From Blastocatellia bacterium (lineage in GTDB: Bacteria > Acidobacteriota > Blastocatellia > Pyrinomonadales > Pyrinomonadaceae): 64,000 bases of DNA. How positions within the stretch are numbered: position 1 is the first letter of the stretch; each line of letters begins with the position of its first letter. Shown one piece after another: positions 45,876 to 56,769 of the stretch. A program made the translations under genes and the position numbers. The stretch is taken from positions 1,935 through 65,934 of the forward strand of contig JACCVY010000196.1 of the NCBI GenBank assembly GCA_013697915.1, given 5' to 3'. The notes under the pieces are model-generated. The model did no database searches. It worked only from the letters and a program-made list of their open reading frames with translations, and was not told the origin of the DNA.

Positions 45876-46855
45876 TCGATATAAGCGACTTGGCGAACAG
45901 CCGCGACGATCTGTTCGACCTTAGGTATTGCCGCGTCCTCGAGATTTTTCGCGTAGGGCATCGGCACATCGACGCCGGAAACGCGTTTGACGGGGGCATC
46001 GAGATAATCAAAAGCACGCTCCATAATCTCTGAAGCAATCTCTGCCGCCACGCCGCAGAAGGGATGCGACTCTTCGGCGATGACCACGCGATTGGTTTTC
46101 TTCACTGATTCGACGATCGTATGGATGTCTAAAGGCCGGATGGTACGCGGATCGATTACTTCACATGACACGCCCTCTTTTTCCAAGGCCTCGGCGGCTT
46201 TCAGCGCCACCGGAACCATTAATGACCGCGCAACGATCGTTGCATCTTTCCCTTCGCGCTTGATGTCGGCAACGCCGAGGGGAATGGTGAACTCCGGATC
46301 GTCGGAAACTTCGCCCTTATTGCCGTACATTCTTTCCTGCTCGATAAAAATCACCGGGTCGTTGTCGCGAATGGACGATTTCAAGAGTCCTTTGGCATCG
46401 GCTGGAGTAGATGGCATAACAACTTTCAAGCCGGGAAAATAGGCGAACCAAGATTCGAGTGCCTGCGAATGCTGCGACGAAACCTGGAACGCAGAACCGC
46501 CCGGGCCGCGAAAAACGATAGGAATGTTGAACTGCCCGCCGGACATGTAAAGCATCTTGGCCGCGGAGTTGATAATCTGATCCGTAGCCAATATTGAAAA
46601 GTTGAAAGTCATAAACTCGACGATTGGCCGCAGACCAGCCATTGCTGCGCCCACACCGAGTCCCGCGAAACCAAGTTCCGTGATCGGCGTGTCGATGACG
46701 CGCTTTGGTCCCAACTCTTCAAGCAGGCCTTTAGTAACTTTGTATGCGCCCTGATAGGCGGCCACTTCTTCGCCCATCAGAAAAACATTGTCGTCGCGCT
46801 GCATCTCTTCTCGAATTGCCTGATTCAGCGCCTCGCGCATTGTTACGATAGCCAT
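45872..46855 (-). CDS. pdhB: pyruvate dehydrogenase E1 component beta subunit
   Basis: 327 aa with full-length transketolase-like pyrimidine-binding and C-terminal domains. Confidence 0.95.
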   Translation of the reverse strand: MAIVTMREALNQAIREEMQRDDNVFLMGEEVAAYQGAYKVTKGLLEELGPKRVIDTPITELGFAGLGVGAAMAGLRPIVEFMTFNFSILATDQIINSAAKMLYMSGGQFNIPIVFRGPGGSAFQVSSQHSQALESWFAYFPGLKVVMPSTPADAKGLLKSSIRDNDPVIFIEQERMYGNKGEVSDDPEFTIPLGVADIKREGKDATIVARSLMVPVALKAAEALEKEGVSCEVIDPRTIRPLDIHTIVESVKKTNRVVIAEESHPFCGVAAEIASEIMERAFDYLDAPVKRVSGVDVPMPYAKNLEDAAIPKVEQIVAAVRQVAYIE

Positions 46856-46890
46856 TGAACTATTCCTGTTTGACTGGCCCGCGCAAATCT

Positions 46891-48075
46891 CTATTCGTTT
46901 TCCGGGATTGGATCAGCGTAGACATTTGTGAACAATTCTTCCGGTTCGGGCAGTGGACTTCCTTCGGCGAATCGCACTGCCTCCTCAACTTTCGCGCGCA
47001 CCTCGTCATCGATTTTCTTCATTTCTGCCTCGCTGATGATCCCTTCTTCTTTCAAGCTTGCTGAAAACAGCTTGAGTGGATCGCGCTCCTGATGGCGTTC
47101 AATCTCTGCCCGCGTTCGATAGTTTCCCGGGTCGGACATTGAGTGGCCCATAAATCGATAAGTGCGAACTTCCAATAACGTGGGTAGATAATTTTTGCGT
47201 GCACGCTCAACAGCTCTCAGGGTTGCTTCACGCACAGCCAGAACATCCATCCCGTCGACAAACTCGGAGGCTATTTCGTAAGCACACGCTTTTTGCGAAA
47301 TGTCCTGCAAAGACATTGCGCGCTCCAGCGATGTGCCCATTCCATATTGATTGTTTTCGCAAATGTAGACACATGGCAGTTTCCAAAGCTGGGCCATATT
47401 CATCGACTCGTGAAATGCACCCTGGTTCACTGCTGCTTCGCCGAAAAAGCACAGTGTCACTTGATCGGTTTCCTTGTATTTGGTGGCAAAGGCGACGCCG
47501 GTGGCCAAGGGAATTTGCCCGCCTACGATACCGTGCCCGCCAAGGAAATTTACTTCCTTATCAAACATATGCATGGAGCCGCCCTTGCCATGAGAGCAGC
47601 CACCAGCCTTGCCATACAGCTCGGCCATCACAGCTTGAGGCGAGATCCCCTTGGCGATCGCATGCGCATGCTCGCGATAGCTGGTAAGCACATAGTCGTC
47701 TTTCCGAATCGCCGAAATGGCCCCGATGGCGACGGCTTCCTGCCCGATGTAAAGATGGCAAAAGCCGCCAATCTTGCCGGCGCTGTAGGCTTCGGCGGAT
47801 TTCTCTTCGAAGCGGCGCACCAACAGCATCTGGCGGTAAATATCAATTAGCGTTGCACGATCAAGTTCGGCAAAGCGGCGCTTCTGCGCCGCCTTTACAG
47901 CTTGAGTGGGATCAAGTCGTGGGTCCGCTTCTTCGGCGGCGTCGTGGTCCAGGACTCCAGTCGCGCTCGTATCCTCAGCGCCAACGCGGGAAGATTCCGG
48001 CGCTCGCTTTCTCACATCCTGGTTTGACTTTGCCATTGTTCGGAGACGTCGCGCTTGGGACTGATTAGCCGCCAT
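46891..48075 (-). CDS. pdhA: pyruvate dehydrogenase E1 component alpha subunit
   Basis: 394 aa with a TPP-binding region (GGHGIVGGQIPLATG...FFGEAAVNQGAFHESMNMA). The N-terminal start is uncertain (48075 or 48036). Confidence 0.93.
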   Translation of the reverse strand: MAANQSQARRLRTMAKSNQDVRKRAPESSRVGAEDTSATGVLDHDAAEEADPRLDPTQAVKAAQKRRFAELDRATLIDIYRQMLLVRRFEEKSAEAYSAGKIGGFCHLYIGQEAVAIGAISAIRKDDYVLTSYREHAHAIAKGISPQAVMAELYGKAGGCSHGKGGSMHMFDKEVNFLGGHGIVGGQIPLATGVAFATKYKETDQVTLCFFGEAAVNQGAFHESMNMAQLWKLPCVYICENNQYGMGTSLERAMSLQDISQKACAYEIASEFVDGMDVLAVREATLRAVERARKNYLPTLLEVRTYRFMGHSMSDPGNYRTRAEIERHQERDPLKLFSASLKEEGIISEAEMKKIDDEVRAKVEEAVRFAEGSPLPEPEELFTNVYADPIPENE

Positions 48076-48156
48076 TGAGGCGGCTCATATGCTGCACAAA
48101 TAGGGAACCTGAATTATACGCGAGGATTGCGAAAGCGTGCAAAACCTGATTTATCA

Positions 48157-48190
48157 AAGAAAAAAGCACGTCGCCATACGCAACGTGCTT
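48157..48190 (-). terminator. rho-independent terminator after the HD-GYP/GGDEF gene
   Basis: Stems agcacgt (48165-71) and acgtgct (48183-89). On the minus strand a U-run follows, corresponding to the A-run at 48158-64. Confidence 0.7.
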
Positions 48191-48213
48191 GATTTAATTC
48201 GTTAGTGGTTCGA

Positions 48214-50757
48214 CTAACGCAGCGCATCCAGGTTGGCGACCGGCATGTTCGCCAAACTTATTACGGTCTTCCGCGAGTGTTTGTCCGTTTGCATTTTTCG
48301 GGCGGCAGCCGTCAACAATTCCTCAGTCGTCTCACCTTGATCGGGGTAACATGCAACACCCATGCTTATGCCGACCTGAACAAACGTACCTGGACGAACC
48401 GAGAATTTCTGAGATTCCACAGCGCTGCGGATTCGCTCGCCCACTAACTGGGCCATAATGCCCGACGCCATCGGCATGATGGCTACGAACTCGTCCCCTG
48501 CATACCGGGTGAGAATGTCCATTTGCCGAAACTCTTTACGAATAACGGCGGCTACGCTCGCCAGCACACGATCTCCAATAGTGTGCCCATACTGGTCATT
48601 GATTGCTTTAAAGTCGTCCACGTCCATGCTCATTACCGCCAGCGATTCGTTGTTCATACGCAGACACTCCGCCAGCCGCTGTTCCAGCATCATGTAAAAG
48701 CCACGCGCGTTTGGCAGACTAGTGAGCGCATCGACCAGCGCACTCTCTTTGGTTTTCTCGAATGTCATCGCATTGTTGAGTGCGGTTGAGGCATGCTGAC
48801 AGACAGATTCCAACAAGCGAACGTGTTCCGTGGTGTAGGATGTGCGGCTTTTTGAATAGAGAGTGAGCGCGCCAAAAGCGCCGTCTTCGCGCAGCAGCGG
48901 CGACACCAGCACGCCCTTGTAACTCTTCGATAATTCTTCAGGCACGCCAACTAGGTCGAGTTCCGGAGAGGCGTTACACATTGATCGCTCGTTGGCTATT
49001 ACCCAACCAGTAATACCGTCGCCGACGTTCATGCGGCGCTCGCCAAAGGCGGCAGCGTCTTCGCCTATGGCATGTGCGGCTACGGCTTTTCCAGACTTTT
49101 CATCGACTAAAAAAATGATGCAGGTATCAAACGGCACGATCGCTTTCAATTTGTTCGAGATAAGCGAAACCGTGTCGTTCATATTTAGCGACGACCCGAT
49201 TGTCTGGGCGATTTCATGAAGAGCAAAGACTTCGCGCTGCGCTTCGGTGATCGACCTAAACCCGGCCTGATCGTCGTCCGGCGTTCCCACCAGACTCGAC
49301 GCTAGCCCCGCGTCCGGCTTGGTCTTGGTGTCATAGTCATGCGCGGCACTTTCGGCGGGCACCTGTTCCTGAATATCTTCAGCACCGATTAGCCGGTCGA
49401 ATTCCTCGACGTGCTCTATAAACTTGTCCACGACTCTCGGATCAAAAGCGCTCCCGGCCATTCCTCTTAACAGGCCAAGCGAGTCCTCGCGCTTCATCCC
49501 CTTGCGATAGGGTCGATCGCAACGAGTAGCATCATAAAAATCCACGACCGAAATAATTCTGGCCACCAGCGGAATCGCTTCGCCTTTGAGACCCTTCGGA
49601 TAGCCGCTGCCGTCCCATTTTTCATGATGAAAACGAACAATGTCTTCCACTGGATAGGGAAAGTTCACGCGTCGCAAAATATCGCCACCAACCGTCGGAT
49701 GGATCTTCATCTTCGCGAATTCGGCCTCAGTAAGTTTCCCCGGCTTATTCAGAATATATTCAGGCACGGCTAGTTTGCCGATGTCGTGCAACAAAGCGCC
49801 TGCGAAGAGGGCCTGCAGTTCCAGGCCGCCGACCTTGCAGAGCTTGCCCATTTCAGAGGCATAAATCTGGGTACGTCGCACGTGGCCATGAGTGGTCTGA
49901 TCCTTCGCGTCTATCGCAATCGCCAAGGACTCGATGGTGTTCATGTGGATGTTCGCCATCTCTTCGACGTGCTTGCGAGTTTCAGCCTCGGCGCGCCGCA
50001 CCTCATTCAATCGCTTTTCGTTGAAGCGATATAGCAAATGAACCATGGCCGTGATCAATAGGCCCAGCAGGATAAATGCGAACCCGCCGCCGGTAAGGGC
50101 GGAATAAAACAGAACTGCCGACGCCGCGCCAGCCACCTGCGTCGTGAGCGTCCAAACCAGACTTTCCTGTGAAGGCATGACGCGTGGATTGTCGTCAAGT
50201 AAATTCAGAAAGTGCATTGTAGCCAGCGTGCTGAAGAAATATTGGAGAACGGCCAGCACGCATAGTGGCACCAGGAAAACGCTTAGAGGTAATCCCTGCG
50301 CGGCACTCTTCGAAAGATCGTCAGCAAAAACGGTTGCGAGAAATCCGTAGCACGAGGCCGATACGAACGTGGAAATAATGGCGATGGCGGTAGTCGCGAG
50401 TGACTCGCGCCGGCGCGCCAGACCATATGTGGATACGAATGCGACTATCGCCGCGAGTAAAGTCGCCGGACCGGCGGTGTCCGCGGGAGGCACCGCATAC
50501 AGAATGACCGCAAAGAAAACCAGCGAATCGGCGACCGACTTGCGGCTTTGATGCGCACCGAGACTTGATGTAATGGAAACTGTGAAACGGCTGGCCACGA
50601 CCGTCAGGACAAGCAGCACCAACCAGGAAAACAAACCGGCGCGAGTGAGAAAGGGAAGCCTGACTGTCGAAATCAAAGCCGAACCCAAGAGCAGCAGACC
50701 GAGACCTGAGATGCTGCCCAATAGCAATTTGCTTTTCCAGTTCCGTGGACTATTCAT
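48214..50757 (-). CDS. multi-TM sensor protein with HD-GYP, GAF and GGDEF domains
   Basis: 847 aa. The first ~240 aa are hydrophobic. Motifs are HDIGKLAV...HHEKWDGSGYPKGL (HD-GYP), a GAF-like middle region, and RYAGDEFVAIM preceded by RQMD at the I-site position. Confidence 0.85.
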   Translation of the reverse strand: MNSPRNWKSKLLLGSISGLGLLLLGSALISTVRLPFLTRAGLFSWLVLLVLTVVASRFTVSITSSLGAHQSRKSVADSLVFFAVILYAVPPADTAGPATLLAAIVAFVSTYGLARRRESLATTAIAIISTFVSASCYGFLATVFADDLSKSAAQGLPLSVFLVPLCVLAVLQYFFSTLATMHFLNLLDDNPRVMPSQESLVWTLTTQVAGAASAVLFYSALTGGGFAFILLGLLITAMVHLLYRFNEKRLNEVRRAEAETRKHVEEMANIHMNTIESLAIAIDAKDQTTHGHVRRTQIYASEMGKLCKVGGLELQALFAGALLHDIGKLAVPEYILNKPGKLTEAEFAKMKIHPTVGGDILRRVNFPYPVEDIVRFHHEKWDGSGYPKGLKGEAIPLVARIISVVDFYDATRCDRPYRKGMKREDSLGLLRGMAGSAFDPRVVDKFIEHVEEFDRLIGAEDIQEQVPAESAAHDYDTKTKPDAGLASSLVGTPDDDQAGFRSITEAQREVFALHEIAQTIGSSLNMNDTVSLISNKLKAIVPFDTCIIFLVDEKSGKAVAAHAIGEDAAAFGERRMNVGDGITGWVIANERSMCNASPELDLVGVPEELSKSYKGVLVSPLLREDGAFGALTLYSKSRTSYTTEHVRLLESVCQHASTALNNAMTFEKTKESALVDALTSLPNARGFYMMLEQRLAECLRMNNESLAVMSMDVDDFKAINDQYGHTIGDRVLASVAAVIRKEFRQMDILTRYAGDEFVAIMPMASGIMAQLVGERIRSAVESQKFSVRPGTFVQVGISMGVACYPDQGETTEELLTAAARKMQTDKHSRKTVISLANMPVANLDALR

Positions 50758-50868
50758 ATTGGTTGGTCGGCCGCCACCAGGCGACGGGAGATCTAGTTTG
50801 AAGTTGTTCTAGCGTGGCACCCGAAAAGGTAACCGTAAGGGCGAGCCGGATTAGCTTGGGCTGGACTG

Positions 50869-50887
50869 TGCCAAACATTGTTTGGCA
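50869..50887. promoter_or_regulatory. perfect 19-nt palindrome, candidate operator
   Basis: tgccaaaca-t-tgtttggca lies ~112 nt upstream of the HD-GYP/GGDEF start. No U-tract follows on either strand. Confidence 0.3.
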
Positions 50888-50962
50888 GCTCATAAAGATA
50901 AACCAGTCAGACGGTTGGAGTCAATAGACTAATGACCGACGAGTGAGACAAGACCGCCGCTC

Positions 50963-53050
50963 TTATTGCCCCGTTGCGGTGCTTTTAGTCAACTGGAGAG
51001 CCAGTTCGGCGGCAGATGTGACTGGGCTCTTGCAAGTAAAGTGTTCGCAAACATAGGCCGTCGGTTGTCCGTCCAGCTCCGTTCGACCATGAAGCAGCGG
51101 GATCGTTTTTGCAGCCACATCATCCCGGGGCGCAGCCTGGGCCACCACTTTGTTGGGCAGGTAGCTAGCCCAAATTTCCCGGGCGAGCGAAACGGTTTGA
51201 GGCGAACCCGCGGCGCCAATCAGCGCAATTTCCCTTGGCGTATCGAGATAGAAATCCAGGGCACAAAGTAAACGGCCAAAACCTGACGGATAACGAAGCA
51301 TGCCGTTGGCTGTTAAGCGCAAAATCGTAGCAGCACGTCGTTGATAATCCTGATTGGTTGTCAGCAGGCCGAGACGCAAAAGCACTTCGGCTGCAACCGA
51401 ATTTCCGGATGGAGTGGCGTTATCAAAAAAATCTTTGGCGCGCACAATCAGTTGTTCATGACTGTCACCGGTGAAGAAAAAGCCGCCTTTGTCTTCGTCC
51501 CAGAATTCACCTATCATCACATCGCAAAGACCCCGGGCTGCAGTAAACCACTCGAGTTCACCAGTAGTCTCAAACAAACTTAGCAATCCATCGATATAAA
51601 ATGAGTAGTCCTCAAGATAGGCATTTAGTTTTGCTTCACCGTCCTTGTAACTTCTAAGGAGTAAGCCGTCGCGGCGCAGGTTCTTCAATACAAACCGGGC
51701 GTTCCGTTGAGCAACCTCCGAATAGTCGGGACGATCAAAAACAGCGCCAGCCTCAGCAAAGCTGGCCAGCATTAAACCATTCCATGCGGTCAGGACTTTT
51801 TCATCGCGTGCCGGTTTGACTCGTTTTTCGCGGGCGGCAAACAAAATCTTGCGGCCGTTAAGAAGAGTGGCCTCGAGCTCATCGACCGTCAGCTTTTCCC
51901 GGGCTGCAATCTCGGCAAGAGGTTTTTTGATATTGAGAATATTAGCGTCTTCGAAATTTCCTTCCGGCGTCACGTTGTAACACGCCGCAAACAAAGCCGT
52001 GTCTTGTTTGCTAAGTAGAGAATCAACTTCAGCCAGACTCCAGACAAAAAACTTTCCCTCAACGCCTTCCGAGTCCGCATCCTGAGTGGAATAAAAGCCG
52101 CCGAGCTCATCAGTCATCTCTCGCACGACGTAGTCCAGAACCCCTTCAGCTACGTGTCGCGCCCATTCCTCCTTCGTGAGTTGATAATAATGAAGGTATA
52201 GGCGCGAAAGCAGTGCATTGTCGTACAACATCTTCTCAAAGTGGGGTACCAGCCAGCGCGCATCAGTTGAATACCGATGAAAGCCGCCGCCGAGCTGATC
52301 ATAAATGCCGCCCTCCGCCATCTTGCGACAACTGTGCTTGACGATTTCCAACGCCTCAGGGTTGCCGGTTCGATAAAAGGTGTGCAGTAGAAACTCGAGG
52401 GTCATTGCCGGTGGGAATTTTGGTGCGCCGCCAAACCCGCCATCGGTGGCGTCGTAGTTTTTGATTATTCCCCGGTACGCGGCATCCAGCAGATCAAGTG
52501 TCAGGGCTTCGTTTGACTCGATCAGCGCCGTCGCGCGTTTGAGTTCACCCAGCACCGACTCCGCCGTTTGACCGACATCTTCAGGCCGTTCGCGAAAGGC
52601 ATCGGCCACGCTGATTAGCACGCGGGGAAACCCGGGCATGTTGTAACGGTCTTCAGGTGGAAAATAGGTGCCTGCGTAGAAAGGAACAGCGTCAGGCGTC
52701 AAGAACACGGTCATAGGCCAGCCGCCATGCTGCGTCATCATTTGCACGGCGTTCATGTAGATCTGATCCAAATCCGGCCGTTCTTCCCGATCAACTTTAA
52801 TGTTGATGAAATTATCGTTCATCAGTTTTGCGATCGCTTCGTTTTCAAACGACTCGTGTTCCATCACGTGGCACCAATGGCAGGCGGAATAACCAATGCT
52901 CAACAGAACTGGTTTCTGGTCGCGGCGGGCGATCGCAAAGGCTTCTTCACCCCAGGGAAACCAATCGACCGGATTGTGCGCGTGTTGCAGGAGATAAGGG
53001 CTAGTCTCGTTGATCAAGCGATTCGTGTTGGCGTGTTCAGTCAAGGGCAA
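50963..53050 (-). CDS. thioredoxin-domain protein of the DUF255/YyaL family
   Basis: 695 aa with an N-terminal thioredoxin-like [12 protein letters not shown] motif and a C-terminal (alpha/alpha)6-like region. Confidence 0.9.
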   Translation of the reverse strand: MPLTEHANTNRLINETSPYLLQHAHNPVDWFPWGEEAFAIARRDQKPVLLSIGYSACHWCHVMEHESFENEAIAKLMNDNFINIKVDREERPDLDQIYMNAVQMMTQHGGWPMTVFLTPDAVPFYAGTYFPPEDRYNMPGFPRVLISVADAFRERPEDVGQTAESVLGELKRATALIESNEALTLDLLDAAYRGIIKNYDATDGGFGGAPKFPPAMTLEFLLHTFYRTGNPEALEIVKHSCRKMAEGGIYDQLGGGFHRYSTDARWLVPHFEKMLYDNALLSRLYLHYYQLTKEEWARHVAEGVLDYVVREMTDELGGFYSTQDADSEGVEGKFFVWSLAEVDSLLSKQDTALFAACYNVTPEGNFEDANILNIKKPLAEIAAREKLTVDELEATLLNGRKILFAAREKRVKPARDEKVLTAWNGLMLASFAEAGAVFDRPDYSEVAQRNARFVLKNLRRDGLLLRSYKDGEAKLNAYLEDYSFYIDGLLSLFETTGELEWFTAARGLCDVMIGEFWDEDKGGFFFTGDSHEQLIVRAKDFFDNATPSGNSVAAEVLLRLGLLTTNQDYQRRAATILRLTANGMLRYPSGFGRLLCALDFYLDTPREIALIGAAGSPQTVSLAREIWASYLPNKVVAQAAPRDDVAAKTIPLLHGRTELDGQPTAYVCEHFTCKSPVTSAAELALQLTKSTATGQ

Positions 53051-53201
53051 TTCCTAATTTGGATTTTCTTACATTCTACAGTTCGGAGGTAAGAACGCGA
53101 ACCGGGCATCAGAGGCAGGTCGGCATTTCAGGACTGACAGCCGCATTTGCTATACTCCGCGAACTGAATGGCTATTCATTTTTCTCGACAGGACTGATCA
53201 T

Positions 53202-54911
53202 TTGGAACGCGAAACTCTGGAAATGGATGTGGTTTTCGTCGGCGCTGGTCCGGCGAATTTGAGCGGCGCTCTGCACCTGGCGAAACTTATCAAGACTCAC
53301 AACGAGGAAGTCGCAAGTGGCAAACGCACCGGCGCGCCGCTGGGTGAAATAGAAATAGGCGTGATCGAAAAGGGCGCGACCGTTGGCGCGCACATTCTGT
53401 CCGGCGCGGTCATGGATCCCCGCGCGTTGCGCGAGTTGATTCCGGATTTCGTCGAACAGGGCGCGCCCCTGGAATCACCGGTGAAGGAAGACTATTTCCT
53501 TTATCTGACAAAGAAGCACGCGATTCGTTCACCGATAACACCGCCACCACTGAAGAATCACGGGTATTACATTGTTTCTCTCAATCGTCTTACGGCCTGG
53601 CTCGGTGACAAGTGTGAAGCAGCCGGCGTAAATATTTTTCCTGAGTTTCCCGGCGCCGACCTTCTTTACGACGAAAATGATCGCGTGGTTGGCGTGCGCA
53701 CCGGCGACAAGGGCATCGACAAAGAAGGGAAGCGCAAGCCGAACTTCGAACCCGGGGTCGATCTTCGCGCCAAGGTCACAGTGCTCGGCGAAGGCCCGCG
53801 CGGCTCCTTAACCAAACAACTAACTGCGCGCCTCAATCTAAATGCCGGGCGCGAGCCGCAGGTTTACAGCATCGGCGTCAAGGAACTTTGGGAGTTGCCA
53901 GACGATAGATATCCCACTGGCAGAGTCACGCATACACTCGGCTTTCCTTCTGACGCACATACTTATGGCGGTGGCTGGATTTATGGAATGCAGAACCGCA
54001 TTTTGAATATCGGTTATGTGACGGGTTTAGACTATCAGGATCCACTACTCGATCCGCACGCCGAGTTTCAGCGCTTTAAACAGCACCCGTTTGTGCGGCA
54101 GTTGTTAGAAGGCGGCAAGATGATTCGCTACGGCGCGAAGACGATCGCTGCCGGCGGCTATTTTGCGATGCCGCAAATCTACGCCGACGGAGTGTTGCTG
54201 GTAGGCGACTGCGCCGGCTTTCTTAATTCGCAAAGATTGAAGGGCATACACTCCGCGATTAAGAGCGGCATGCTGGCGGCGCAGACTGTTTTCGAATCGC
54301 TGTTAGCGGGTGACTATTCCGCCAGGCAGTTGCAACGGTATGAACAGCTCGTCAATGAAAGTTGGATTATTCCGGAGCTGCGCAAGGTTCGAAACTTTCA
54401 TGCGGGTTTCAAGCATGGCCGCTGGTTAGGGTTGGCAAATACCGGACTGCAATTCATTACCGGCGGCCGCGCCTGGGGACTTTTCGATCGCGCCAAAGCG
54501 GAAGCCGGTCACGAGACCATGAAGAAGCTTTCAGCTTACGGTTATCGCGGCGAGAATATCGAACAGCGCTACGATGGCCTGAGCTTTGACGGCAAGATTG
54601 CTTTTAACAAATTGACTGACGTCTACCATGCCGCCGTGGGGCATAGCGAAGATCAGCCGGCACATCTTCACGTTCTCGATACCAACATTTGTGCGACGCG
54701 TTGCCGGGAAGAATATGGAAATCCTTGCCAGCGGTTTTGCCCTGCCGCCGTTTACGAAATGGTTGACGACGGCACGGACGGGAAGCGCAAGTTGCAGATC
54801 AATTTCTCAAACTGCGTTCACTGCAAGACCTGCGACATCATGGATCCCTATCAGATTATTAACTGGGTAACCCCGGAAGGCGGTGGAGGCCCGGATTACA
54901 AGGGCATGTAA
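53202..54911 (+). CDS. electron-transfer flavoprotein:ubiquinone oxidoreductase
   Basis: TTG start giving MERETLEMDVVFVGAGPA (FAD fold). The C-terminal 4Fe-4S region is CPAAVYE...CVHCKTCDI. Confidence 0.93.
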   Translation: MERETLEMDVVFVGAGPANLSGALHLAKLIKTHNEEVASGKRTGAPLGEIEIGVIEKGATVGAHILSGAVMDPRALRELIPDFVEQGAPLESPVKEDYFLYLTKKHAIRSPITPPPLKNHGYYIVSLNRLTAWLGDKCEAAGVNIFPEFPGADLLYDENDRVVGVRTGDKGIDKEGKRKPNFEPGVDLRAKVTVLGEGPRGSLTKQLTARLNLNAGREPQVYSIGVKELWELPDDRYPTGRVTHTLGFPSDAHTYGGGWIYGMQNRILNIGYVTGLDYQDPLLDPHAEFQRFKQHPFVRQLLEGGKMIRYGAKTIAAGGYFAMPQIYADGVLLVGDCAGFLNSQRLKGIHSAIKSGMLAAQTVFESLLAGDYSARQLQRYEQLVNESWIIPELRKVRNFHAGFKHGRWLGLANTGLQFITGGRAWGLFDRAKAEAGHETMKKLSAYGYRGENIEQRYDGLSFDGKIAFNKLTDVYHAAVGHSEDQPAHLHVLDTNICATRCREEYGNPCQRFCPAAVYEMVDDGTDGKRKLQINFSNCVHCKTCDIMDPYQIINWVTPEGGGGPDYKGM

Positions 54912-54940
54912 AGGTTTCCAGCTCGAGGGAAAACGACAAT

Positions 54941-55171
54941 TTATTCCTTATCGCCGTCGGTCAAGGTAAAGTTGACCCGGCCGCGCATCACCTCTTCCAA
55001 AGCAATGCGCGTGTTCTTGTGTTTGACCGTATCGATGTCGATGCGCGGCCGCGCACCTCTTTGCAATTGTTTGCTTCGCTTGGCGGCGAGAATTATCAGG
55101 CGATACTTGGAATCAATTTCCGGCGCCTGCGTTTCTTCTGCGATCTCTTCGATCACTTCTTTTGTTGCCAT
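54941..55171 (-). CDS. rpoZ: DNA-directed RNA polymerase omega subunit
   Basis: 76 aa with SKYRLIILAAKRSKQL. It sits next to gmk, a conserved pairing. Confidence 0.85.
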   Translation of the reverse strand: MATKEVIEEIAEETQAPEIDSKYRLIILAAKRSKQLQRGARPRIDIDTVKHKNTRIALEEVMRGRVNFTLTDGDKE

Positions 55172-55204
55172 TATAAATACTCATCCTCCTGCTCAAATAA
55201 AAAC

Positions 55205-55894
55205 CTAGTTTGAATTGTTCTCGTCTTTTGACATAAATGCTTCGACGACGTTTCGCACTTTCCGTTCCTGCCGGCTCAGGCGCGCCCGTTCGGCAAATAC
55301 AATTGCTGCCAGTTGGTTCGCCGCTAGTTCAGCATCATCGTTGATAACCACATATTGGAATGCGGAATAGTCTTTCAACTCCACTGGAGCGTTCCGCAGG
55401 CGCACGTCCAGTTCTTCTGGAGAGTCCGTCCCGCGAGCGGTTAGTCGTGTTTTCAATACTTCGAATGATGGCGGCAAAATAAAGACGCTTACCGAGTCGG
55501 CCATCAATTGCCGCACGCTGGCCGCACCCTGAACATCTACCTCAAGAATGATGTCGCGGCCTTCGGCAATCTCTTGCGCGACCTGTTTTCGTGTTGTGCC
55601 GTAGAGTTTGCCGTGAACGCGTGCCGATTCGAGGAAATCATCCGCCGCAACCATTTCCTCAAAGATTTCGGGCGTGACAAAGAAATACTCGCGCCCATTT
55701 ACTTCACCGCTTCTGGGCGCTCTGGTTGTGAACGAAACAGAATAACTAAGATTCGGTACCTTATTCAACACGCGCTGGATCAGTGTACCCTTGCCGCCGC
55801 CCGAAGGTGAACTGACAACGAAGAGAATGCCACGGCCTTCGGTCGCTTCCGCAGGAAAGTTTTCCGCCTGGTTCTGATCTAGTTCACTCAACAT
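55205..55894 (-). CDS. gmk: guanylate kinase
   Basis: P-loop SSPSGGGKGTL, and TTRAPRSGEVNGREYFF. Confidence 0.93.
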   Translation of the reverse strand: MLSELDQNQAENFPAEATEGRGILFVVSSPSGGGKGTLIQRVLNKVPNLSYSVSFTTRAPRSGEVNGREYFFVTPEIFEEMVAADDFLESARVHGKLYGTTRKQVAQEIAEGRDIILEVDVQGAASVRQLMADSVSVFILPPSFEVLKTRLTARGTDSPEELDVRLRNAPVELKDYSAFQYVVINDDAELAANQLAAIVFAERARLSRQERKVRNVVEAFMSKDENNSN

Positions 55895-56762
55895 TCTGGA
55901 CCTGCTCGCGAAGTTTTTCGACTTCCGCCTTGATTGCCAGCGCCGATTCTTTCATTGACAGATCGGTTGACTTGGAAAGCGTCGTATTGGCTTCGCGGTT
56001 AAGCTCCTGCAAAAGGAAGTCGAGCATCTTGCCCGTTTCGCTGGTGGAATTTAAAGCGTCGCGGAACTGTAGCAGATGGCTGCGCAAACGGACCATCTCT
56101 TCGCTCACGTCGCTACGATCGGAAAGATAAGCAACTTCCTGGGCCAGCCTGCCTTGATCAATCTCGACTAATTGTCCATCCCGCAAGAGCAGTTCTGAAA
56201 TACGTTTTTGCAGTCGCGCGCGGTAGGCGTCGACCAAACCAGCGGCAGCGCTTTCGATCAGCGGCACCAGCGCTTCGATCTTGTCGATGCGTTCGGACAT
56301 TTCCTGGCGCAGCGCTTCGCCTTCCTGGGCGCGCATTCGTTCTAGTTCATCAAGAGCACCCGCTAATGCTTTTTCAAGACCAGCAGAGACGTCGTCGGAA
56401 AGACCGTCGCGCGATGGCTGTAACGCGCCCGGCAGCCGCGCCACCAGATTTATGTCCAGTTCGCCGGCGATGCCAAACTCCGTTTGCATTTCGCGGAGCG
56501 CATTAACGTAGCCAGCTATTAACGGCCGGTTCAATTCATAGGCGGTTTGTGACGTCTTTTCCAAATTGATGGTCAAATCAACGCGACCGCGCGAAAGCCG
56601 CGAACTAATTTGGCGCTTGATCGCAGGTTCAAGCGGAGCGAGCTCGCCTCCGAGGCGCAGGTGCACGTCGAGAAAACGATTGTTCACCGTCTTCAAATCC
56701 ACGGAAACAGAAAAATTGTCACCTTCCGCTGAACCACGCCCATATCCCGTCATTGATTTCAT
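55884..56762 (-). CDS. yicC: YicC family stress-induced protein
   Basis: 292 aa with an MKSMTGYGRG N-terminus and a conserved C-terminal DUF1732 region (LLQELNREANT). Confidence 0.9.
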   Translation of the reverse strand: MKSMTGYGRGSAEGDNFSVSVDLKTVNNRFLDVHLRLGGELAPLEPAIKRQISSRLSRGRVDLTINLEKTSQTAYELNRPLIAGYVNALREMQTEFGIAGELDINLVARLPGALQPSRDGLSDDVSAGLEKALAGALDELERMRAQEGEALRQEMSERIDKIEALVPLIESAAAGLVDAYRARLQKRISELLLRDGQLVEIDQGRLAQEVAYLSDRSDVSEEMVRLRSHLLQFRDALNSTSETGKMLDFLLQELNREANTTLSKSTDLSMKESALAIKAEVEKLREQVQNVE

Positions 56763-56769
56763 AATGTTT

